NCBI RefSeq assembly: GCF_001194135.2
Contig: NC_068981.1
Coordinates: forward strand, 59,275,190-59,339,189
Reading direction: 5' to 3'
Length of the DNA: 64,000 bases
From: Octopus bimaculoides
Lineage: Eukaryota
The notes beneath the pieces were generated by a model. That model had not been told where the DNA came from. It worked only from the letters and a program-made list of their open reading frames with translations, and ran no database searches. The translations under genes and the position numbers were made by a program. How positions within the stretch are numbered: position 1 is the stretch's first letter; every line of letters begins with the position of its first letter. Positions 54,520-64,000 of the stretch are shown in pieces.

Positions 54520-54744
54520 TGTATGTATGTGTGTCTTTGTATTGTTCTTTGTCTCCCGCCATCGCTTGACAACCGGTGTTGGTGTGTTTACGTCCCAAAC
54601 TTAGTGATTCGGACAAGAGACCGATAGAATAAGTACAAAACTTTTAAAAAATTAAATACTGGGATTCATTCGACAAAAAATTCTTCAAGGTGGTGCTCCA
54701 TCATGACCAAAGTCTAATGACTAAAACAAGTAAAAGATAAAAGA
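54347..54744 (+). mobile_element. SINE family A (small deletion in head)
   Basis: Core 'ggcaccttgggcaattgtcttctgctat', internal (TG)n, tail 'aatgactaaaacaagtaaaaga'. Confidence 0.88.
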
Positions 54745-55782
54745 AAAATAATGTATGTATCTGTCTGTCTGTCTGCCTATCTATCTTAACAACTTCTCTT
54801 GTTTGTTCATAACTATCATCTGTCTATCTGCACAAATTTTTTAGCGACTTTTCAACACGCATTTATTATATGAATGAATTAGTCCTGGCGGCAAATATAG
54901 GAAACAAGTCTTTTATTACAGTCATCAGCATCATTGTTATTATTATCATCATCAATATTATCACTGTTGTTTTTGTTTTTGTTGTCATTACTATTATTGA
55001 CGTTATACCGATGATTATAATTTAGGTAATGTTTGAAGAAGGATTAGCTAAGATAAACCGATAATATTCACAATGCGTGCTGCATATTCTATAAGGTTGA
55101 TTTCGTGCTGGATTAGAGTATTATGTATTTAAAGAATGTCCTAGGATCCGAAAGAATGTGACAGTGCGCTTATGTGCATACTATAAATTGTGTGTAGTTG
55201 CAGAAATTCCAGGATGCAATATTCGTTGTTACATTGAGTGTTTTACAAAGTAATTATTTATCTTGTTATGCCGAAATGAAAGATAACGAAATAACTTCCT
55301 TTCCTTTGCTTTGTACATCTTTATACATCCTCGATACGTCTAAAACACCTTCTATACATACATAAATTACACACAGACACACACACACAGACACACACGC
55401 GCTCACACACACAAACACACACACACATACACATATATATGTATAAAAATGTAATTTAGTTTCAGTTGAATTAGGTACTTAAATTGAGGCGCCTTGTTAG
55501 GACGAACTTATTTGCACACTCAGCATTAGGTGAGTATCAGACTCTACATAGATTTTTTTTCCATCCGATATTCATGCAGTGTATGCAGATGGAAGAATCC
55601 AAGTAAGTGAATAAATCCGCTCTTGTTTGTTCAGACATGTACTCTACATAAAGATACTTTCTTTATACTTCCGACGTGCGGATTCAAGGGTAGGTGAGTT
55701 ACAAAGTTGTCTAAGTGTGAATTCATTACGGCCGTTTCGAGCAACTCCTTTAATTGATCAATGAAAGCATTACATCATTACA

Positions 55783-56012
55783 TTTATATAGGGTGCTCAG
55801 TAAATATGAAAGAACGATTGAATAACTATTCTTCATCCTTTAGACTTGAGTATAAAACTAATAGTACCTCATTATATACGAAAATCTGGGAACTTAAAGA
55901 CAATAATATCGATTTTAGTCTTAAATGCGATTTAGTACGTAAAGTTCAACCATACACAAACAGCCGATATGGAGGTAGACTATGTTGTATGGAATTGTAT
56001 GAATTTTTTTAA
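55783..56012 (+). pseudogene. GIY-YIG endonuclease remnant (Penelope-like)
   Basis: YIGCSVNMKERLNNYSSSFRLEYKTNSTSLYTKIWELKDNNIDFSLK...RLCCMELY matches PLE YIG.T...K.R..NH.SSF......ST.LS..IW.LK...I....KW...C.LC..E. Confidence 0.88.
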
Positions 56013-56240
56013 ATATTGAGATAAGAACAACTTAATTACTAATAAATTAGATCGTTGACTGTCATGTGTTCATAAGATTACCCTACCTTTAAATACTTTA
56101 GGGGATGGTAATTTTTTAGTATATCATATAATATTTTTGCGGCTTAAATATTTTCTCTTTAACCCCTTTGATCTGTTAACTCTTAGTAATCATAATATAT
56201 ACCTACCCAATACCAGTGGTGTATCTATTCTATCACGGTT

Positions 56241-57001
56241 ATAATATAGATTTGCAGCATATAACGATTTTTATGAAAAAAACTAGAAATTAGAATTATT
56301 TTTACCCAACGAGTTTTTAATTTTCGAATCTCTCCTAATGATCTGTTACTATCATACCTCAATTCTTGCTCTTCGTTGTATTTTAAAAATATTTTCTTAA
56401 CCTATTTCTAATGATAAATGTAATTCTATTTTATCTTTATTATAACCCGGTATACTTATGCTTTTTTCCATCTATATTAATAATTAATTAATATTCTGAT
56501 TATAGATATTTATATAACAATTCCATTATAATATTTTCTTTATTTTCATTTTATATTACCTTATTCCCTTTTTGTATATCTTAGTATAGCATCTTTTTAT
56601 TGGCGTACTTTAAAGATAGAATTTTTTAGCTTATCTCTTTTTATAATTTTTTATTATAGCTTTCCGTGTAATTCTTGTTTCAGATATTTTCCTATATTTC
56701 CTCATATATTTTATAAATCTTGTATCTTATATCCTTATATCTTGAGATTTTATAAATACTTTGTATTTTTATATATATAAAATATTTTATATGTTTTAGA
56801 TTTTCATGCCTGTGTATATATATCCTTTATATATTTTTATATTTTCTTATATTATATTTTATTTTTATATTTGGTTATATTTTTCCTTTTATTTTTTATT
56901 TCCTTATTTTTTTAAAGTTTGTATAGCATAAACATTTGGTGGCAATTTCTAATTTCTAGTTTTTTTCATAAAAATCGTTATATGCTGCAAATCTATATTA
57001 T
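56241..57001. repeat. Perfect 55-bp inverted repeat with 651-bp spacer
   Basis: 56241-56295 (ataatatagatttgcagcatataacgatttttatgaaaaaaactagaaattagaa) is the exact reverse complement of 56947-57001. Confidence 0.93.
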
Positions 57002-57006
57002 CATAT

Positions 57007-57220
57007 ACTCTTTTACTTGTTTCAGTCATTTGACTGCGGCCATGGTGGAGCACCGCCTTTAGTCGAGCAAATCGACCCCAGAACTTATTCTTTCTAAGCC
57101 TAGTACTTATTTTATCAGTATGCTTTGCTGAACCGCTAGGTTACGGGGAGGTAAACACACCACCATCGGTTGTCAAGCGATGTTGGGGGGACAAACACAG
57201 ACACACAAACATATACACAT

Positions 57221-57259
<39 letters not shown>

Positions 57260-57273
57260 CANNNNNNNNNNAC

Positions 57274-57304
<31 letters not shown>

Positions 57305-57464
57305 TACGACGGGCTTCTTTCAGTTTCCGTCTCCCAAATACACTCACAAGGCTTTGGTCGGCCCGAGGCTATAGTAGAAGACACTTGCCCAAGATGTCAC
57401 GCAGTGGGAATGAATCTGGAACCATGTGTTGGTAAGCAAGCTACTCACCACACAGCCACTCCTG
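57007..57464 (-). mobile_element. SINE family A, full length, inserted in the Penelope-like element
   Basis: Reverse complement of the consensus from 'caggagtggctgtgtgg' to 'aaacaagtaaaagag'. Confidence 0.92.
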
Positions 57465-58077
57465 TATATATTAAATTATACGTTATCTCCTTATTTAGTT
57501 ATAGATGAAATTTATTTCTAGCCTTTATATATATATATACATTTTGCTTATACGGTATAAGTAAATTAAGGTAAAAACTTACCCATTCAATTTATATCCT
57601 ACCCACAATACTTTAAGAGGTATTCCTTGTAACAGTTCCTTTTTACTTCCCTTTAAGATGACAATGAAAATAAGCCTTATTAGCCATCCCTATCCCTTCT
57701 TCTCTTTCTATTATCAACACTTCTCGTTTACTACTCCATGACCTACCCTTTTGGTGTTGATATAGCGGGATGTAAAGTTCCATTTTCTCAGATAGTAAAA
57801 CGGTTTGTCATGATATTAACTCCCTAAAAATCTAATTTTCGATGTTTTGAAGACTACTTTCCCCTGTCATTTTCGATGTGTAGACAACAGGGTCACTAAT
57901 CTCATTCCTTCTCCCACTCTAGCCTATGCTAATGTCTGGCTTGTCTGTCGCTGCACTGTCCTTTTTTCATTCCGCCAAAAAGTTTAGCAGAGGAATCATT
58001 GTAAATATTTGCTCTCTATTGATGATTTGAATACGTTTAAATATTTAACGTTCCCTTTATGCTTGAAATCTACGCGG

Positions 58078-58160
58078 TCATCTGATGAGAATGGTTTTTT
58101 TGTAATGATGTAATGCTTTCATTGATCAATGAAAGGAGTCGCTTGAAATGGCCGTAATGA
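58078..58160 (+). ncRNA. Candidate type I hammerhead ribozyme with extended helix II
   Basis: Helix I tcat (58078-81) / atga (58157-60); core CTGATGA 58082-88; GAAA 58145-48; loop-less helix III A(T)GGCCGT, which is the perfect palindrome ACGGCCGT in the inverted copy at 55728-35; cleavage base A58156. Confidence 0.62.
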
Positions 58161-58212
58161 ATTGACACTTACACATCTTTGTTATTCATTTATCCATATA
58201 TATTTACTCATT

Positions 58213-58248
<36 letters not shown>

Positions 58249-58369
58249 NNNNNNNNNNNNNNNNNNNNNNNNNNNNNNNNNNNNNNNNNNNNNNNNNNNN
58301 NNNNNNNNNNNNNNNNNNNNNNNNNNNNNNNNNNNNNNNNNNNNNNNNNNNNNNNNNNNNNNNNNNNNN

Positions 58370-58399
<30 letters not shown>

Positions 58400-58404
<5 letters not shown>

Positions 58405-58870
58405 ACCGGACGGGAGACAGATACAGAAGGTCACTAATTTTTCATCAGTTATCAACCAATTAGTAATACTCAGTTTTGCACCATTAATGATTAGACTGAG
58501 AACTTCCCATATTGGCGGTACTCAGAAAAATTTGCGGAGAATATAGGGCCGAAAGCAAACAAAACCATACAAAACAATACAATACAGAGTGGACATACGA
58601 AATTGAATAAATGTGATTTAAGACGATGAACAAAGACGAAATAAACAAGAAACAACCAAAATACACCTCTCGAGCCAAAAAGAGAAGAATAGTGGGCAAC
58701 ACTTAGATGACATCCCAAAGGATAGAAAGCAGTGAGACAGAGAATTTGGGACTGGTCAGTTACGGGACCAGTGTGAGAAAGGGAGAGAAAGCTATGAAAG
58801 CTGGCCACGAGTCATGTGACAGCAACGGGCAGAGGAGAAAGAGGACAAGAGAAAGGGAGAGAGAGAGAGC
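58400..58870 (-). mobile_element. Unclassified interspersed repeat (family D2)
   Basis: Its terminal 170 bp or so recurs at 59220-59400; carries 'gataactgatgaa'. Confidence 0.55.
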
Positions 58871-58943
58871 GACAGAGAGAAAACAGGGGAAGGGGTGAAG
58901 AGGTAAAACAGAAAGGAGAAAAGCTAGGAATACAAGAGGGTAA

Positions 58944-59031
<88 letters not shown>

Positions 59032-59149
59032 GAGAGAAAAGGAGAAAGTAGAAAGGCTAGAATAGAAGTGAGAGGGTGAAAGAAAGAAATGGAGAAAGGT
59101 TGAAGGCAAGAAATACTCACGTGGATTTATGGAAAAACTTACTGTTAAT

Positions 59150-59400
59150 ACAATTCGGTGTGAGGTGCGTTTCGTTAATAAATGAAAAAAAATGTATGGT
59201 AAATAAACAAACGAAATAACGTATACTGAGTGTACAACCAGACGAGAGACAGACACAGAACGTTCCTAATTCTTCATCAATTATCAACGAATTTGTAATA
59301 CTCGGTTTCGCACCATTAGTGATAAGACTGAGAATTTCCTATATTCTCGGTACCCGCAAACATTTGTGGAGAATATAGTACCGAGAGCAGACATAACACA
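59150..59400 (-). mobile_element. Second, truncated family D2 copy
   Basis: Aligns to 58400-58560 ('catcaattatcaacgaatttgtaatactcggtttcgcaccattagtgataagactgagaatttcctatatt'). Confidence 0.6.
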
Positions 59401-59418
59401 ACACGACGATGACTATTC

Positions 59419-60044
59419 TTGTCTTTTTGGCTCATAACCGATAGTGATGAAAGTCTTAATCCATATATAGATACATGTTCATGTCGTGATAAGACTAAAT
59501 GTAAGCTCACTAATAAATGTAATATTGATAATGTAATTTATAAATGTATAGTAAACTCTAAGAACAACGATAATAAAAATATAAATAAGGTTTTATTTAT
59601 AGATAAATGTTCATGTCGTGATAAGACTAAATGTAAGCTCACTAATAATTGTAATATTGATAATGTAATTTATAAATGTATAGTAAGCTCTAAGAACAAC
59701 GATAATAAAAATATAAATAAGGTTTATATTGGATCTACAGCTAATGCAATTAAAAAAGAATCTTCCAACACTACCAGACTTTCAAAATTCCTAATTCAAA
59801 TAAGCCCACAGGTTTAAGTAAATATATATTGGAATTGAAATCTAGAAAAAGAGATTACATCCTTAGTTGGAGTATAATAGTTAGAGCCCACTCTTATAAT
59901 ATTGGGAATAAAATGTGTTTATTATGTATAACAGAATTTATGAAACTTATACAGTCTAGAGATGAATTACTAAACACATACGATGAAAGAGAAGGGAAAT
60001 GTAGACACCAAATGAATTTTACTTTCAGTAGAATGAAATACTGA
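59419..60044 (+). pseudogene. Penelope GIY-YIG endonuclease domain with an in-frame 44-codon duplication and one frameshift
   Basis: CSCRDKTKCKLTNKC..VIYKCIV (twice), VYIGST, then after a one-base loss in the A run near 59755: RIFQHYQTF..PTGLSKYILELK..SWSI..CLLCITEF..LLN..CRH..*. Confidence 0.9.
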
Positions 60045-60581
60045 ATCGCCTCCTCGATTCTAATCACCACATACTCTTGATCTCTACACTAGTTGAATAT
60101 GTCATATAAAGAATTAAATTGATTAATTAATCTAAATATTACGAAATATTATATTATAACAAATTATATATACCCCTCAACACAGTTGGATAGAAGATAA
60201 TAATAGATATCCATAGTGGAATTACCTTCCTTGGAACTAATCCCCTATAAATTCCCATAGTGTTCTGCTATTTTCACTTCCTCTAATCGCTATTTTGAAT
60301 GACATCCTGCTGTATCAAAAGAGGATATGTATCTTTATATTTTACATTATTTTCCACATTTAATCACAGCCATTTTTATTCTGATGTATAATTTTATATT
60401 TTATATTTGACGTTCTATACTTGACTTTATAAGTTTGATATATGTATACTAATTTATAGTTATAATTTATAATTTTTAATTCTTAATTTTGTAAAGTTTG
60501 ATTTTTTAGTTTTAATTTTTTAATGATTAATTTAACACTTAATTTTAAGGTGATGTAAAATTAGGTTAACAATATTTTGAA

Positions 60582-60676
60582 AAAGAACCTGAAGATGTAT
60601 TGGTAGAATTGCAAATCTGATGATTACATATATATATATATATAATCTTTCAAAACTGAAACACGTGTACTTCCTT
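60582..60676 (+). ncRNA. Candidate type I hammerhead ribozyme with extended helix II
   Basis: Core CTGAAGA 60589-95; GAA 60658-60; perfect palindromic helix III ACACGTGT 60661-68; cleavage base A60669; helix I aaagaac / cttcctt (2 mismatches); helix II base gtattgg / tcaaaac. Confidence 0.55.
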
Positions 60677-60940
60677 CATAATGATAATTTTAACTTAAAT
60701 AGGAGATAATAAAGGAAGTATATTTTATACCCTGCTGGTGTAGTGGTTTTATCCTTAAAGTATTATTTCTTGATGTGTATATACATGCCATGAGTTTACC
60801 TCCAGATATACTTGTTATGTTATTTTTTGCACAGTCTGAAATAGAATACCTACATATCTATTAATCCCCGAAACTGAATTATATTTATGTATTTACACAC
60901 ACACATATATATATGTACACACACACTCATACACATACGC

Positions 60941-61027
<87 letters not shown>

Positions 61028-61760
61028 AATGCAACTGCTCAGATACATGCACCCATATGTGTCAGTACTTATGAAAGTGAAATGACCGACTGCGAAAGTT
61101 CTTTGACTGATAGCAACTTGGTCGAATATTTCTATTCAACACAGGTATTTATTGATTTTGGACCGATCATTTTGTATTAATCTTGGATCTGTTTTGCATT
61201 TAGTGAAAATATATGAATAATTCCTCACAGAAATTCGAAAAATATGCATAATTAAATATGCTTAATCGTAACTAACATCTGAACGGTTACATTTTTCGCT
61301 CTCCATTTAAAGCACATGAAATTGAGTTATGCTCTCACCCATAGAAATATCCCTTGGGTTTTAATTTTTATTTATTTCGTGTGTCATAAAATCTGAATCT
61401 TGGATATCAGTTACAAAGGAGAAAGCCATAGTTGTGTACACTGAATTTCTGCTATTGCTTTTAATATGTCAATATATATCGCTGAAAGCATTAAAAGATT
61501 TGAATGTTTATCTTTCCGCAGAATTTCGTGTTGCTAAGAAATGCCTATTTATCTCTACACTAATCATTAGTTTGTTAGTTGGGAAAAGATCTAAGAGACT
61601 TGTAGTCGTGGTTTAGCACCCATTCAGTTTTAGTCAGCGAAATCTGTGATCAAAATCGTGTCATGAATTCTGTTTTTTTTTGCGTATCTAAGACCAAAAT
61701 GTCTGTTTCATTCTCAAATTTAAGGCGGTCGGGTGCTATATGAGGGTGATTGCTAACTAC

Positions 61761-61804
61761 TATTATTATCATTATCATTATCATCATCATCATCATCATC
61801 ATCA

Positions 61805-61890
<86 letters not shown>
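61761..61890. repeat. (ATC)n/(ATT)n microsatellite
   Basis: Direct reading of the sequence. Confidence 0.97.
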
Positions 61891-61892
<2 letters not shown>

Positions 61893-62095
61893 GGCAGTGA
61901 TGTGGCAGAATCGTTAGCACGATTGGCGGTATTTCGTCCGTCTTTACGTTCTGAGTTCAAATTCCACTAAGGTCGACTTTACCTTTCATCCTTTCGAGGT
62001 TGATAAAATAAGTACTATTTGAAAACTGGGGTCGATGCAATCGATTTACCCCTTCCCGAAACTGCTGGCCTTGTGCCAAAGGTTGAAATCATCAC
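61891..62095 (+). mobile_element. tRNA-derived SINE family C
   Basis: 'aaggcagtgatgtggcagaatcgttagcac...gagttcaaattcc...ggtcgactttacctttcatcc...ctggggtcgatgcaatcg...cttgtgccaaaggttgaaatc'. Confidence 0.85.
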
Positions 62096-63613
62096 TTTTA
62101 TTATTATTGTCGTTTTTAATTGTTGATATTGTTGTTTGCTTTTGCTGCTACTGAACGTACTTTTTTCGCCCTGTAGAATATTTATACTTAAGAACTCTGG
62201 ATTTTTCTCGATTACCTTAGGAAGAAAGGTTCTACATGTTAAAAAATATATTTAACTTTTAAAGCATTTCTTTGTTTTAAAAAAGTCATTTAAATACGAC
62301 TTNNNNNNNNNNNNNNNNNNNNNNNNNNNNNNNNNNNNNNNNNNNNNNNNNNNNNNNNNNNNNNNNNNNNNNNNNNNNNNNNNNNNNNNNNNNNNNNNNN
62401 NNNNNNNNNNNNNNNNNNNNNNNNNNNNNNNNNNNNNNNNNNNNNNNNNNNNNNNNNNNNNNNNNNNNNNNNNNNNNNNNNNNNNNNNNNNNNNNNNNNN
62501 NNNNNNNNNNNNNNNNNNNNNNNNNNNNNNNNNNNNNNNACAAACAGTAAGCAGCAACATGGAGGACAATAATGAAAGTAATAAATTCGATGTAAAAGTT
62601 GCCTGTAAAATTTAGTTCTGAATATGAAACAGCATTTAAAATGAAATGAGACTGTGGGGCAATGTGGTACGAAGGCTTGCACTTCTATCTTTGTCCACTC
62701 TGTCAAGAAAGGGGCAAAAAGAAAACGTGGCATAACTTTATCTATGACAAATTGAAGGGGTTTTCCGTGTGCTAGTAATGGCGGAAGGCCAGATGGGATA
62801 ATGTATATTGTTTTCAAGACCAACTAAGTGACGAAGTATGGTAATTTCGCGACACCCTTGTCCACAGGAAACGTCCTGCAGTGGAATATATGGATCACTG
62901 CCAGAGAGACTAGGAATTGTATTAATCCTTGGTTCTTTATTGCCTTAGCGAGCTGTACGGATAGGTTGTTAGCGATGCGATAAACAAAATCGATTCATGT
63001 TATAGATGGGCATGTCGGTTATGATAACCATCTCAAAAGGCATCTGTTTTCAGAAAACCACCCTGTGCCAAGTTCGAATAAAGCTAAAAAAATCTCTACT
63101 TGTCTGCAGTAATTGCTGCTAACGACATTGACACTGGTGATCAGAAGGTGGGAAAACCCTCCTATATCGCAAAAACAAAAGGAAAGAGAAAGTTTGTACA
63201 CATACAGAAATAGTAAAACACACTTTGCGAAATTTCGAACATTATCTGCTGGAGAAAGAGCATAATCTTATATTATCACGGCGATGATATAAATGCTAGA
63301 TTGTGTGTGTGTGTGTGAGTGTGTATGTGTATGTGTGTGTGTGTGTACGCGCTCGCTTGCACGCGCGTGTATATATGTATGTATGTATGTATATATATAT
63401 ATGTGAGTATGTTTGTATATATAAATGAATATATGTGTATATTTGTATATGTTTATCTATCTGTGTATATATGTCTGTGTGAATGTAAGGTGCTCGTGTG
63501 GATAAAATTGCGATCATGTATCGGATGATTATGTCATTTAGTATACAAGTGCGTGTTTCATAACTGTGTGCTTGTGTTTGTATCTATTCCATATGTATCT
63601 TAGATTAGATGCA

Positions 63614-63828
63614 TACAAGGGGATGTTGGAAAGTTCCCGGCTTTAAGGGTATTGCGAAGACCTGATTGGGGACCCAAACTTCCAAGTTCTTTTAAAAGGC
63701 TAAGAAAAACTGAAGGACCGCTGTAATAAACGTGTGAATCTGTGAGGGGAAATGTGTTGAATAAAATCATAACTGATCCTCCCGTATTTTCTTTTACCCA
63801 AAGTCAAGAACTTTTCAGCACCACTTCG

Positions 63829-63830
<2 letters not shown>
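63614..63830 (+). mobile_element. Mariner-derived MITE with TA TSD
   Basis: Left end tacaaggggatgttggaaagttcccggcttt versus right end (reverse complement) tacgaagtggtgctgaaaagttcttgacttt; TA at 63614-15 and 63829-30. The interior retains a transposase C-terminal trace (KDR.NKRVNL.G). Confidence 0.85.
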
Positions 63831-63870
<40 letters not shown>

Positions 63871-64000
63871 GCACACACGCACCCACAGACAGGCAGACAG
63901 ACACACACACACACACACACATACACACACAGATACATATATATGCATATGTACATACATACAAACGTCACTGACTGTTTTTCTATCTTCTGCCTTTTTG

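Larger units (their letters stand above)
55688..58195 (+). mobile_element. 5'-truncated Penelope-like element with an inverted copy of its 3' end at the 5' junction; interrupted by a SINE
   Basis: 55713-55782 is the reverse complement of 58101-58170 (65 of 70 identical; weaker match extends to about 55688/58195). GIY-YIG coding starts right after 55782, followed by a long T-rich UTR and a hammerhead-like motif at 58078-58160. Confidence 0.72.
59410..60760 (+). mobile_element. 5'-truncated Penelope-like element (second family)
   Basis: GIY-YIG ORF end, T-rich 3' UTR at 60350-60560, hammerhead-like motif at 60582-60676. The 3' boundary is approximate. Confidence 0.72.

Noticed and set aside
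60617-60660. Alternative hammerhead using the second core CTGATGA at 60617
   Set aside because: It leaves about 12 unpaired nt before GAAA and has no helix I complement, so the upstream CTGAAGA register fits better.
63110-63147. Cadherin-like peptide IAANDIDTGDQK in a 38-nt AG...GT segment
   Set aside because: Too short, with no neighbouring cadherin repeats; the flanking frame is closed by stops.

Overview
Repeat-saturated, AT-rich animal genomic DNA with 14 N-gaps, most of them next to microsatellites. The SINE families, the microsatellite load and the TE mix look like an octopod cephalopod; this is inference and the species cannot be determined here. I can support no intact host gene, only weak candidate exons, so the window is probably intronic or intergenic. 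Recognisable content: about 20 tRNA-derived SINE copies in several head/tail combinations; a 5'-truncated Tx1/L1-type LINE between two (TATC)n tracts; a 1.5 kb decayed element encoding only an ORF1/gag-like protein; RTE fragments; two Penelope-like (GIY-YIG) insertions; DNA transposon fossils (Tc1, mariner DD34D, a mariner MITE, hAT, Merlin, a Helentron-like element); and several foldback structures. The most interesting signal is a set of hammerhead-ribozyme-like motifs with palindromic helix III. Two sit at the 3' ends of the Penelope copies and have an unusually long, hairpin-bearing helix II (58078-58160, 60582-60676). A third is embedded in both arms of a 452-bp foldback (40622-41073). 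All alignments, folds and family assignments were made by eye and need computational confirmation.
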